Source: Candidatus Effluviviaceae Genus I sp.
Lineage (GTDB): Bacteria > Joyebacterota > Joyebacteria > Joyebacterales > Joyebacteraceae
NCBI GenBank assembly: GCA_016867725.1
Contig: VGIX01000001.1
Location: 99,575-163,574, forward strand
Length of the DNA stretch: 64,000 nucleotides
Direction of reading: 5' to 3'
Each line of letters opens with the position of its first letter. Position 1 is the first letter of the stretch. This document shows, one piece after another, positions 14,069 to 23,593 of the stretch. The position numbers and the translations under genes are program-made. Below the pieces are notes generated by a model. The model saw only the letters and a list, made by a program, of their open reading frames with translations. It had not been told where the DNA came from and made no database searches.

Positions 14069-15738
14069 CGGCGGCCGCCGGGCACCGTGTCCACGATGCT
14101 CGCCAGCGCCACGCCGTCCGACGCGCGCAGCCGGTAGACGACGCCCGCGGGTTCGGACGACGGGCGGAAGGGCGTCGAGAGGTGGACGCCTCGGGCGGCG
14201 GCGTCCCTCAGATCATCGCGCGCCACGCTCGGCGAGAGGAACGTCGCCGGCGGGTTCCCAAGCCCGAAGGGCCTCAGGCGATCGACCTCGGACGCGATGG
14301 CCGGCGCGGCCTCGCCGAGGGGCAGGACCGCGTCGAGCCTCCGGGGCTCCGGCATCGGCGGGTTCGCGCGCGCATACTCGAGCATCCGCTCGCGGAACGC
14401 GTCCGCCTTCGACGCCTCGATCGTGAAGCCGGCCGCCCTCGGATGGCCGCCGTACCCCGTGAAGAGCTCGTTCATCGCGTGGAACGCGGCGACGAGGTTG
14501 AAGCCCTGCGGTCCGCGCGCCTCGGCGGCCAGGAGGCCGTTGCGCGGCGCCATGACGACCGCGGGGCGGTCGCTCTCGTCGGCGATGCGCGACGCCACGT
14601 ACCCCATGACGTCGAGCGCCACGGGGAGCGCGACGACGATGACCGGTGCGTCGGGGTCCGGGGCCGCGTCCAGCAGGGGCCGCACGCTCGCCATCGCCGC
14701 GGCGGCCGAGTCCTTCCAGCGCGCCCGCTCGCCGACCAGCGCCCGGGCGCCTTCGCGGGCGGCCTCGGGGTCGGTCGAGAGCAGCACGCCGAGCGCCTCG
14801 TTGCCGCCGCGCCCGTCGGACACGCGTCCGAAGATCGGCCCGAGGGACTCCCGCACGTCGTCGGGGTCCGGCTCGCGCCCCCACAGCCTCGCCTCCTCGA
14901 GCAGCGCTCGGAGGCCCGGCCTCTCGGTGGCGGGCATCGCCCTGAGCCCTGCCGCCACGATGGACCGGTTGTCGCCGGTCATCGGCACCTTGTCCGCGAT
15001 GGAGCCGACCGCCGCGAGCGCGAGCGCCTCCTCCCTCCAGCGCGGCCCGTACCAGATCCGCCCGCCGGGAGCGGGCGCGAACCTCCCCCGCAGGGCGTCG
15101 AGCAGAAGGTCTGCGACCCGCAGCGAGACCCCCGTCCCCGCGAGATAGCGGTACGGGTAGGATGACGACGCCAGCTTCGGGTTGACGATGGCATGCGCTG
15201 CGGGAAGCTCGGGGGGGATCTCGTGATGGTCGGTGACGATCGTGTCGATGCCGAGGCCGTTGCCGTGCGCGATCGCCTCGCGGTCGCTCACGCAGCTGTC
15301 GACCGTGACCACGAGCCGCACGCCGGCGCCCGCGTGGTAGTCGAACTCGCGAGCGGAGAGACCGTGCCCCTCCGTCCGCCGGTCGGGGATGTAGGAGCCT
15401 GCCCGGATGCCGATCTGCTCGAGGGCCTCGACGAGAATGACCGTGGCCGTCACGCCGTCGGCGTCGTCGTGCCCGTGGACGACCACGCGCTCTCCCGACG
15501 ACGCGGCGGCCGCGACGCGCTCGACGACCTGGTCCGCCGCCGGCAGGAGCCGCGCGTCGGGCAGCGGGGCCTCCGCAGGGTTCAGGAACCGCGCGGCGTC
15601 GTCGCCCGACGCCACCTGCCTCGACGCCAGCACCTGCGCCATGAGCGACGAGACACCGGCGGCCCTCCGGATGTCATCCGTCAGTGCCGCCGGCGCTTCG
15701 TCGAACTGCCACCGGTACTTCCTGCCCGTCAGGGTCAT
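14065..15738 (-). CDS. recJ: RecJ-like DHH/DHHA1 exonuclease with shortened C-terminus
   Basis: HDDADG, TVDS, TDHH, LAG.GV, GSIAD.VP, GGHPRAAG, PFG.GNP. Confidence 0.85.
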   Translation of the reverse strand: MTLTGRKYRWQFDEAPAALTDDIRRAAGVSSLMAQVLASRQVASGDDAARFLNPAEAPLPDARLLPAADQVVERVAAAASSGERVVVHGHDDADGVTATVILVEALEQIGIRAGSYIPDRRTEGHGLSAREFDYHAGAGVRLVVTVDSCVSDREAIAHGNGLGIDTIVTDHHEIPPELPAAHAIVNPKLASSSYPYRYLAGTGVSLRVADLLLDALRGRFAPAPGGRIWYGPRWREEALALAAVGSIADKVPMTGDNRSIVAAGLRAMPATERPGLRALLEEARLWGREPDPDDVRESLGPIFGRVSDGRGGNEALGVLLSTDPEAAREGARALVGERARWKDSAAAAMASVRPLLDAAPDPDAPVIVVALPVALDVMGYVASRIADESDRPAVVMAPRNGLLAAEARGPQGFNLVAAFHAMNELFTGYGGHPRAAGFTIEASKADAFRERMLEYARANPPMPEPRRLDAVLPLGEAAPAIASEVDRLRPFGLGNPPATFLSPSVARDDLRDAAARGVHLSTPFRPSSEPAGVVYRLRASDGVALASIVDTVPGGRR

Positions 15739-15791
15739 GCGTCACCGATGAGGGTCCCGCGGTCGCGAGGGCGCCGCGCGGCCCGGCGCCC

Positions 15792-16547
15792 CTACTGCGA
15801 CGGCTTCCGCTTCGCGTCGAGGAAGTACCCGATGATGTCCACGGGGATCGGGAAGATGATCGTCGAGTTCTTCTCCGCGGAGATCTCGGAGAGCGTCTGG
15901 AGATACCGCAGCTGGAGAGAGGTCGGCTCGCCCGAGAGCACCTTCGCCGCGGACTGGAGGGTCTGCGAGGCCTGGAGCTCGCCCTCCGCGTGGATGACCT
16001 TGGCACGCCGCTCGCGCTCGGCCTCGGCCTGCCGCGCGATCGCCCGCTGCATGCCCTCGGGAAGGTCCACGTGCTTCACCTCGACCGCGGAGACCTTGAT
16101 GCCCCACGCGTCCGTCGCGCGATCGAGGATGGACTGCAGCTCCTGGTTGATCTTCTCGCGCTCGGCAAGAAGCTCGTCCAGCTCGGCCGCGCCGATGACG
16201 CTCCGCAGCGTGGTCTGGGAGAGCTGCGAGGTCGCGTAGCCGTAGTCCTCGACCTCGATGATCGCGCGCTCGGCGTCGAAGACGCGGTAGTAGACGACGG
16301 CGTTCACCTTGACCGAGACGTTGTCCTTCGTGATCACGTCCTGCGCCGGAACGTCCAGGGCGACGGTCCGAAGCCCGACCTTCACGATGCGGTCGATGAA
16401 CGGGACGATGAGGACGAAGCCGGGCCCCTTCACGCCCGCGAGTCGCCCGAGCCTGAATAGCACGGCGCGCTCGTACTCCCTGAGGACGTTGATCGCCCTC
16501 GTGACGAGAACGAGGAACACCAGCACGACGATGATGGCTGACGTCAT
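15792..16547 (-). CDS. SPFH/stomatin (slipin) family protein
   Basis: [55 protein letters not shown]. Confidence 0.95.
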   Translation of the reverse strand: MTSAIIVVLVFLVLVTRAINVLREYERAVLFRLGRLAGVKGPGFVLIVPFIDRIVKVGLRTVALDVPAQDVITKDNVSVKVNAVVYYRVFDAERAIIEVEDYGYATSQLSQTTLRSVIGAAELDELLAEREKINQELQSILDRATDAWGIKVSAVEVKHVDLPEGMQRAIARQAEAERERRAKVIHAEGELQASQTLQSAAKVLSGEPTSLQLRYLQTLSEISAEKNSTIIFPIPVDIIGYFLDAKRKPSQ

Positions 16548-16557
16548 CGCACACCTC

Positions 16558-16896
16558 CTACTCCGCGCGTTCGACTCTGAGCCTCAGGCCCTGGACGGCA
16601 ACCACTCGGACCGCGCTCCCGGCCGGGAGCGGTTCGTCGGCCACCGCGTTCCAGTACTCGCTTCGCACGAACACCTTCCCGGAGGGGGCGAGCGGCGTCG
16701 CCGCCTCCCCGACCTTGCCGATCATGCCGGCCGGCCCCGTGCGCACGCGCTTCGCCTGCGCGAGAAGTCCCACGGGAACGGCGAAGACGAAGAAGACGAC
16801 GAGGAGCGCGATGGCCGGCATGAGCGCGGACTCGTCAAGCCCCAGGAGCCTCATGAGCGCTCCCAGAAGATCAACTACCCCCGTGAACTCGCCCAT
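16558..16896 (-). CDS. Short NfeD family protein (TM plus OB fold only)
   Basis: TG..GMIG..G...L.P.GKV....EYWNA...V.V..V.GL.L.V; adjacent to stomatin. Confidence 0.85.
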   Translation of the reverse strand: MGEFTGVVDLLGALMRLLGLDESALMPAIALLVVFFVFAVPVGLLAQAKRVRTGPAGMIGKVGEAATPLAPSGKVFVRSEYWNAVADEPLPAGSAVRVVAVQGLRLRVERAE

Positions 16897-16935
16897 CCGA
16901 ACACCCTCCTGCCGGCGGCCCGCGTCGCCCGCACG

Positions 16936-18159
16936 CTAGACGAGATCCGCCCGTGTGAAGGTCCTGACCCCGAGCCGTGTCCGGCCTTCGATGACCTTCC
17001 CGGTCCGCACGAGGTCCGCGAGGACGCGGTCCAGCTCCGCCGGCGCGGGCTGCGCCCCGCGAAGGAGCAGCGTGTAGGGCGTCTCCACTCCGATGTCGGA
17101 CGCGATGTCCGCTGCGGGGTCGTCCGGGGGCGCCGCATCGAGCGCCGGCGCCGTCCTCAGGTATCGCTCGAACGCCCGCCCGTCGCGTTGGATGTTGGCC
17201 AGCGCCCTCGTGAACCGGTGCGGGTCCCGCCCCTCCGACTCGAACACCGCACGCTGGAAGTCGGCCTGCGTCTGCCGCTTCGCGATCATCTTGCGGATCA
17301 GCGCGAGGTCGTCGGGCGACGCCCCGATGCGCGTCATGCCATCCTGCGCGAGGTCCAGCATGTCTGTCAACACCGATTGGGCCGGCACGTCCTCGCCGTC
17401 CACGCGGAACACGGCCGCGAGCCCGTGCTTCGCGGCGCGCCAGCGGTTCAGCATGAGCTCCGCGTAGGCCTCGTCGCCGGGAGGCCGGCCGTCGCCGTGC
17501 TCGGCCGCGTGATGCATGATGCCCGCGGTGAGCGCGACGAGCTCGCACATGAGCCGCGCCGAGGTCGCGCCGTCGCACGCGCGAAGCTCGACGGTGGACC
17601 CGGAGGGCAGCTTGATGCAGACGTCGGTGCCCCACCCCGGCTGCGTGGCGCCCGGAGAGGCCAGCATCGGCGGCAACGAGCAGAACTCCGCGAACGAAGC
17701 GACCCGGTAGCTCTTGTAGCGGCCCCATCGGTTCCTGTACACGGGGCTGTTCGCCGCCAGGGCCACGAGGGGCGCCACGTACGCCGCCGCGCCGTTCTGC
17801 ACGCGGACGGCCGCGTCCCAGTCGCGCACGGTCCCCACGTGGATGTGCGCCCCGATCGGTTCGCGCTCGATCGGACGCGTGCCCGACCTCAGGAGCGACC
17901 ACCCCCTCGCCGAGAGCGCCTTCCGGAGGCGCTCGTCGAACCGCTCGGTGCGTTCAACGAGCTCCCGGAAATCCGAGAGCGGCCCCAGCCGGCTCTCGAT
18001 GAGCTCGAGGTCGGTTCCGGGGGCCGCCCACGGGATGCGGACCCGAAGCTCGTCGGCCAGCCGGTCGGCCTCCTTCTCGTCGATGTTCTCTCCCGTGTCC
18101 TTGAGAACGGCCATCTCCCAGTCGTACCCGACGGAGAGCGGCTCCAGTGCGCATCGCAT
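16936..18159 (-). CDS. Glutamate--cysteine ligase family 2 (GCS2/YbdK-like) carboxylate-amine ligase with C-terminal extension
   Basis: SVGYDWE, ELIE, GAHIHVG, ALAANSP, SYR, TVELRACD, NRWRAAKHGL. Confidence 0.82.
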   Translation of the reverse strand: MRCALEPLSVGYDWEMAVLKDTGENIDEKEADRLADELRVRIPWAAPGTDLELIESRLGPLSDFRELVERTERFDERLRKALSARGWSLLRSGTRPIEREPIGAHIHVGTVRDWDAAVRVQNGAAAYVAPLVALAANSPVYRNRWGRYKSYRVASFAEFCSLPPMLASPGATQPGWGTDVCIKLPSGSTVELRACDGATSARLMCELVALTAGIMHHAAEHGDGRPPGDEAYAELMLNRWRAAKHGLAAVFRVDGEDVPAQSVLTDMLDLAQDGMTRIGASPDDLALIRKMIAKRQTQADFQRAVFESEGRDPHRFTRALANIQRDGRAFERYLRTAPALDAAPPDDPAADIASDIGVETPYTLLLRGAQPAPAELDRVLADLVRTGKVIEGRTRLGVRTFTRADLV

Positions 18160-18162
18160 CGT

Positions 18163-19551
18163 CTACTCCTCCACCACGCACGAGAGGCGCTCGGCTCCGA
18201 GCCTCACCGAGCACTCGATCGGGAAGTCCGACGCGCGCGCCGTCACCACGGCGGCGTGCACGGCGCCGGCGCCCGGGATCTCGCGCCGCCTGAGCGCGAC
18301 CGCCCGGCGGCCGCCCCCGGCCGTGGACAGCGCGGCGGTCGGACGCCCGACGGCCCTCGAGGTCCGCACCACGAGCGCGAGCGGGACCGCGCCGCCCCGC
18401 CGCCGTCCCAGCGCCGCGAGCAGGAGCGACGACCCGGTCGCGGCGAGGGCGTCCGCCGTGAGGAACGCGGCGCCGAGCTCCACCGACCCGCCCTTCCGGA
18501 CCGCGCGACGCCGCCCGCGCAGCATGATCTCCGGGCCCTCGAAGTCGCTGCGGACGCTCACGGCGCTCCCGCGCCCGTCCCCGAAGAGCACGGCCATGGC
18601 GTTCCCCTCGCGCTCGTTGCGCGAGACGAGGAACCCCGGGAAGAGGCCGAAGTGCTCGTCCTTCCAGTCTCGCCACCTCCAGCGTCGCCCGAACGCCGGC
18701 CTGTGGAAGCGCACCTTCGTGAGCTCGCCCCGGCTCGGGATCTCGACGACATTGACCGAGCCCGCCGGTCCCAGCACCGGCGTCGTCATCCTGATGCCGA
18801 TGGCAAGGTCCGCCGTGTCCTTCGCCGCGTGGCCCCCGCCGGCGCCGCGGTCGTCAGCGCTCCTGGCGGGCCGGCCCGCGTAGGACAGGCGCACGAGCTC
18901 GAGGACGCCCGGGAGATCGGCCTCGACAGCGACGGTCTTCGCGATGGTCACACCCTCGGGGGCCTTGAGCTCCCGGCGGTAGGTCGCGCGCGGGCCGTCG
19001 CCTTCCTCGCGGTCGAACGCCGCGTTCCAGATCTCCCCGGGCATGCTCCCTTCCGGCAGGAACTCCTCCGCGCCCCCGAGAAGCAGGTACTGCCCGGCCA
19101 TGATGTGGACGACCGGCGCGGCGAACCTGTCCCGGCCGTCGCGCCCGACGAGCGAGACCAGCCGGGCTCCGCGGTGCGGCTGCACGGCCGCCGAGACGAA
19201 GGCGTTCGAGAAGACGTCCTCCTCCCAGCCGTCGCAGTCCACGTCCCCCCTGAACAGGCGCGCCGCCGCGCCGGCAAGGCGCCTCGGCGCGGGGCCGTCC
19301 GGAGCCAGGAACCGCCGGCTCTCGGTCGGGTCGAGCACGAGCAGGTCCCCCCGCTTCGGCGCCCACGGCAGGACGGCCGCGCGGCGGATCTCCCCCCTCT
19401 TCCCGGTCACCGAGCCCGGGGCCTTGACCGCCCGCACGGCCGAGCCCAGGACCTCCACGCGCAGCCTGAACGGCTGCCGCATGATGCCCCCGGCCGCCGC
19501 GGGCCTCCCCGCGGCGCGGGCATCCAGCACCTTCGCCAAGAGCCTGTGCAC
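18163..19551 (-). CDS. Hypothetical protein, possibly a galactose-mutarotase-like beta-sandwich
   Basis: GGAGG-5 nt-GTG start; fills the gap between HU and GCS2; GDVDCDGWEEDVFSN..V.A.VQP..GARLVSL resembles mutarotase-like N-termini. Confidence 0.65.
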   Translation of the reverse strand: MHRLLAKVLDARAAGRPAAAGGIMRQPFRLRVEVLGSAVRAVKAPGSVTGKRGEIRRAAVLPWAPKRGDLLVLDPTESRRFLAPDGPAPRRLAGAAARLFRGDVDCDGWEEDVFSNAFVSAAVQPHRGARLVSLVGRDGRDRFAAPVVHIMAGQYLLLGGAEEFLPEGSMPGEIWNAAFDREEGDGPRATYRRELKAPEGVTIAKTVAVEADLPGVLELVRLSYAGRPARSADDRGAGGGHAAKDTADLAIGIRMTTPVLGPAGSVNVVEIPSRGELTKVRFHRPAFGRRWRWRDWKDEHFGLFPGFLVSRNEREGNAMAVLFGDGRGSAVSVRSDFEGPEIMLRGRRRAVRKGGSVELGAAFLTADALAATGSSLLLAALGRRRGGAVPLALVVRTSRAVGRPTAALSTAGGGRRAVALRRREIPGAGAVHAAVVTARASDFPIECSVRLGAERLSCVVEE

Positions 19552-19588
19552 AACCGCCTCCAGGCGCGACGACGAGGAGTCGCCGCCG

Positions 19589-19643
19589 AAAAAGACTGCG
19601 GGGGACCAGCGAGCCCTTGGACTCCCTGCTCCCCCGCAGAGTC
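19589..19643 (-). terminator. Rho-independent terminator after the HU gene
   Basis: CTGCGGGGGA...TCCCCCGCAG stem followed by TCTTTTT on the minus strand. Confidence 0.8.
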
Positions 19644-19666
19644 AAGTACTCCCTGACGCGATCGAG

Positions 19667-19951
19667 CTACTTCACGTAGTCCTTCAGCGACTTGCCGGCG
19701 CTGAACTTCGGATAGTAGTGCGCGTCCACGTGCTTGGTCTTGTCCGTGCCCGGGATCCGCCAGTCGCGCGACGGCCTGTGCTGCGCGCTGAAGGTGCCGA
19801 AGCCGGAGAGCTGCACCCTGTCGCGCCCCTTCAGGGCCTTCGCGATGATGCCGCTGTCGGCATCGAACATCGCGTCGACGATGTCCTTCGCGGCCTTGTT
19901 CGTGAGTCCGGACCTCTTCACAACGGCCTCAATGAGCTCTGCCTTGTTCAT
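19667..19951 (-). CDS. hup: HU family DNA-binding protein
   Basis: MNKAELI, V.L.GFGTF, PKFSAGK.LK. Confidence 0.93.
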   Translation of the reverse strand: MNKAELIEAVVKRSGLTNKAAKDIVDAMFDADSGIIAKALKGRDRVQLSGFGTFSAQHRPSRDWRIPGTDKTKHVDAHYYPKFSAGKSLKDYVK

Positions 19952-20017
19952 CCCGAACCCCCTCCTAGGCTGTGGCCTCCTGCCAAGAAGCTCCCTGCTG
20001 CCCCGGATTTGCGCGAC

Positions 20018-20046
20018 ACGCTACAGCACACCCCGCAACCTGTCAA
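20018..20046 (-). promoter_or_regulatory. Sigma70-type promoter for HU
   Basis: TTGACA-17 nt-TAGCGT. Confidence 0.6.
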
Positions 20047-20173
20047 TAGGATAATCCTGAAAGGCCCCAGCCCGTGGGCCTGGTAGCGCGACCGCCTCCG
20101 GAACGCCCTGCGGGCGGCGTCCGGTGAGCCCCGCCCGGGGCCCGTGTCCCGCGCTCCAGGCCGCCGCCGCCCG

Positions 20174-23100
20174 TCAGTTCACCCTTCTGTAGATGGTCTT
20201 CCGCCCGGTCTCGAGCTGCACGTCAGGAAGCGCCTTGATGTTGATGCGGAAGTAGTACTGCCACTCCCCGGCGTAGTAGCGGCGGACGAACTGGGCCTCC
20301 CAGCAGTGGAGATCGCGGTGGATGACGTACTCCTGGCTGGCCACCTCGCGCTCCCTGAGGTCGTAATGGACGGTCCAGTTGACCCGCCACTTCGCGGTCG
20401 GGGACAGCGCGACCGTCGCGTCTGCCCAGTAGGTCTCGTTGCCGGGGGCCGCTCCACGCGAGTACCTGAAGGCAAGAGAGGCGTCCCACGGACGCCGCGC
20501 CGGCGCGTCGGCGACCGACCGCGACGCGACCGCCCTCCTGAGCTCGTCGAGCGGGTCTCCGCTCCCGGCCGGCCCGCCGAGATCGCCCGCCGCGGCGTCG
20601 CTCCGCTCGCCGCGCAAACTCACGGAGGCCGTGATGCTCGATCCGCCCAGCCTGCCCGTGTACGGGTCGTGCCGCGCGTCCCAGCTCAACGACACGGCGT
20701 CCCCGGGCCGCATCTCGGCGCGCGACACGATGTCCGCCCAGGGCTCGTCGTCCGCGCGGAGGTCGTAGGCGCTGGACACCGAGAAGCGCAGGAAGTTGTC
20801 GAGCTTGCGGACCTCGCCGCCCGCCCGCTTGAGTTTGAGCTGGAGCTTGTTGACGAGCGACACGCTCACGGCCTCTCGGGCGCGCGGCGTGCTCCCGAAG
20901 CCGCCGAAGCTGTAGAACCGGTCCACGCCGTCGTCGAAGTACCGCGCGAACTCCGGGGTCCACGAGTACGTCGCCGACGGCTCGATGATGTGCCGGACGC
21001 CCTCCAGAGGCCCGACGCGCGGGAAGAACGTCCCGTAGATCGCGGTCGAGGCCGACACGCCCGCCCCGTACGTGAGCCTCGACGGGAAGCGGTTGCCCAG
21101 CTTGTCCCGGTCGTACCAGGCCTGCGCGACGGAAGCGTGGGGCGAGACCGTGAGCCACCCGAGGAGCTTCCCGGGCGCCCGGAGGCTCAGGCCGAGCCCG
21201 GCCGCCTGGCGGGACGTGGCCCCGCCGTCGGTGCGCGACCTGTCGTTCACCGCCCTGGCGTCCCAGCTGTAGGACACCTTCCCGAGCAGGCCGCGGAGGC
21301 CCCCCGTCCCCTCGGGAACGCTCAGGAGCGGCCTCTGGCTTCCCGAGACGTCGATCTTCGGAAGGAGCTCCGACACCGTTCCGAGGTCCAGCTCCTCGCG
21401 GCGGTCCAGCGTGACGCCGGTCGAGAGCCCGCTCCACCGCCCCCGCACCCACAGCTGCGAGCGCAGGCTCCTGTTCAGGCTCTCCTGGATGGACTGGTTG
21501 GCGTCGGTCGCGTACGAGGCGTCGCTTCGGAAGTCGCCCGAGGCGCCGGCGGTCCAGTTCCTCCCCAGCTCCTGCTTGTGATCGAGTGTGAGGTCCCAGC
21601 GCCGCCGCCCGGCGAGCGTCTCCTGCATGAACGAGGTCCTGACCGAGCCGGACAGGACGTACCGCAGGGCGTACCGCGCCTCGAGGTGTGCGATCCAGCG
21701 GGCCTGGTCGTAGTAGTCCGCCCATGCCATCGCGTCCCAGTAGTCGTTGGGCGCCCAGTAGTAGCCGAAGTTGCGGATGAACCTCCCCCGCTCCTCCGAA
21801 GCGCCGAACTCGATCTGCGGGATGAGGAACCCCGACTGCCGACCCTTGCGGATCGGGAAGACGTAGAACGGCAGCGCGAGCACCGGCAGGCGCCCGATGT
21901 GCAGGACCACCGGGCGCGCGATGACCTTGTCGTTGAGGTGGATCTTCATCTTGCGGGACGTGAGGTGGTAGTGCGGCTCGCTGGCGGAGCACGTCGTGTA
22001 CGAGCCGCCACGCACCCTGAGCGACCCGTCGGCGTCCCGCTCGATGCGGTCGCCGAAGCAGAGGCCGTCCTCGAACGTCGTCGCGCCCCCGTCGATGGAC
22101 CCGGTCTTGGCGCCGAGGTCGTACCACAGCCCGCTCCCGATGAGCCGCTCGCCCGCGTCCGTGAAGTCGGGGTTGCCGGACGCGGTCAGCACCTCGCTGT
22201 CGGGGTCGAAAACGACCTCCTCGGCACGCAGGACGGTGCCCTGGTACTCCACGGTCGCGCCGTCGGCGAGCACGATCCTGTTGTCCGGCACGTGGTAGGT
22301 GATCTCAGAGGCCCGGTAGTCCACCGTCTCGAGCTCGGCCGGCGGGGTCGCGGGCGGGACGCCGGACGCGTCCTCGCCGGGCACGGGCGCAGGGGGGACC
22401 TGGCGCCCGCCCTCCGGCGGGAAGACGTAGGAGCCGACCGCGCTGCCCCTGAAGACGGCCCGCTCGATCTTCCCGTCGGCGAAGGCCACGGTGAGCTCGC
22501 GCGCCGCCACGGTGTTGCGCTTCCCGGACGAGCCGATGGAGTGCTCGCTCTGCGCGCGGCCGCGGACGACGGTGAGGACCGGGTCGCCGCCTTCGAAGAA
22601 CATCGTGAGGCTGTCGCCGGCCACGCGTCCCCACTCGGGTTCGTCCTCGGGAGACTCAGGCTCGATCCGGTACGTCGCCGCGGCCCGCCCAGTGACCCTC
22701 ACCCTCGAGAGCGTGCCGTCCGGCGCGGCCACGAAGATCCGCTCGCCGGTGAGCTGGTCCCGCTCCCTCGAGACGAAGGGGTCCCCCTCGAGGAACGTCA
22801 CCTCGTCGTCGAGGAAGAGCGTTGCCGCCCGCGCGCCCGCCTTCACGTCCTCGCGCACGATCGCCACGGCGCCGAACGCGCGGAGCTCGCTCCTCTCCCG
22901 CGAGAGCTCGATGACGTCGGCGCGCACCGTGAGGTCGAGCTCGCCCTCGTCCGTGGTCGTCGTGATCACCGGCTCGCCCGACGCTCTGACCTCCGAGCGA
23001 TCGAAGTCGTACACGATGCGCTCGGCGGAGAGCTCCGACGACCCGTCGGCGTCCACGGCGACGGCGTCGCCGACGCAGACGGCCACGCGTTCGGCGCGGA

Positions 23101-23563
23101 AGAACCGGATCCGCCGCGCCGTGACCGTGGCCGACGTGTCCGCGTAGGACGCTCTGCCCGACAGGGTGACGACGTCCGAGTCCCGGTGGTAGCGGAGCGT
23201 CTCGGCCGCGACCGCCGCGCCGTCGTCCTCGCCGCTCACGCCGCCGTAGAGCAGGAACTCGCGCAGCGACTCACGGTAGACGCCGCGGCGGCCGACGAGC
23301 CGCGCGCCCTCCCGCTCGAGCACGACGCTGCCCTCGAAGAGCGCGATCCTGCCCCCGGGCCCCTCGCTCGCCTCGAACGCGTCGGAGCGGACCGTGAGAC
23401 CGTCCCCCGACGGCCACAGCGGGAGGGCGCGCGGCCCCGGCGCGGCCGCAGGCCGCGCCGCCGCGGTGTCCGCGGCGTCGGCCGCCGCCGGCACGCCCGG
23501 CTCCGCCTGCGTCAGAGCGACGACGGCGAGCGCGCGAAGAACGAAGGTGATGGCAAACGGCAT
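20174..23563 (-). CDS. lptD: LPS-assembly protein LptD with an extended N-terminal run of LptA/OstA-like domains
   Basis: YTTC...PHY, FP..KGRQSGFLIP, GYYWAPNDY, C-terminal RDLHCWE; long beta-jellyroll-like N-terminus. Confidence 0.88.
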   Translation of the reverse strand: MPFAITFVLRALAVVALTQAEPGVPAAADAADTAAARPAAAPGPRALPLWPSGDGLTVRSDAFEASEGPGGRIALFEGSVVLEREGARLVGRRGVYRESLREFLLYGGVSGEDDGAAVAAETLRYHRDSDVVTLSGRASYADTSATVTARRIRFFRAERVAVCVGDAVAVDADGSSELSAERIVYDFDRSEVRASGEPVITTTTDEGELDLTVRADVIELSRERSELRAFGAVAIVREDVKAGARAATLFLDDEVTFLEGDPFVSRERDQLTGERIFVAAPDGTLSRVRVTGRAAATYRIEPESPEDEPEWGRVAGDSLTMFFEGGDPVLTVVRGRAQSEHSIGSSGKRNTVAARELTVAFADGKIERAVFRGSAVGSYVFPPEGGRQVPPAPVPGEDASGVPPATPPAELETVDYRASEITYHVPDNRIVLADGATVEYQGTVLRAEEVVFDPDSEVLTASGNPDFTDAGERLIGSGLWYDLGAKTGSIDGGATTFEDGLCFGDRIERDADGSLRVRGGSYTTCSASEPHYHLTSRKMKIHLNDKVIARPVVLHIGRLPVLALPFYVFPIRKGRQSGFLIPQIEFGASEERGRFIRNFGYYWAPNDYWDAMAWADYYDQARWIAHLEARYALRYVLSGSVRTSFMQETLAGRRRWDLTLDHKQELGRNWTAGASGDFRSDASYATDANQSIQESLNRSLRSQLWVRGRWSGLSTGVTLDRREELDLGTVSELLPKIDVSGSQRPLLSVPEGTGGLRGLLGKVSYSWDARAVNDRSRTDGGATSRQAAGLGLSLRAPGKLLGWLTVSPHASVAQAWYDRDKLGNRFPSRLTYGAGVSASTAIYGTFFPRVGPLEGVRHIIEPSATYSWTPEFARYFDDGVDRFYSFGGFGSTPRAREAVSVSLVNKLQLKLKRAGGEVRKLDNFLRFSVSSAYDLRADDEPWADIVSRAEMRPGDAVSLSWDARHDPYTGRLGGSSITASVSLRGERSDAAAGDLGGPAGSGDPLDELRRAVASRSVADAPARRPWDASLAFRYSRGAAPGNETYWADATVALSPTAKWRVNWTVHYDLREREVASQEYVIHRDLHCWEAQFVRRYYAGEWQYYFRINIKALPDVQLETGRKTIYRRVN

Positions 23564-23593
23564 AGTGAAGACCCGTCGGCGCGGAGGCCCGCG

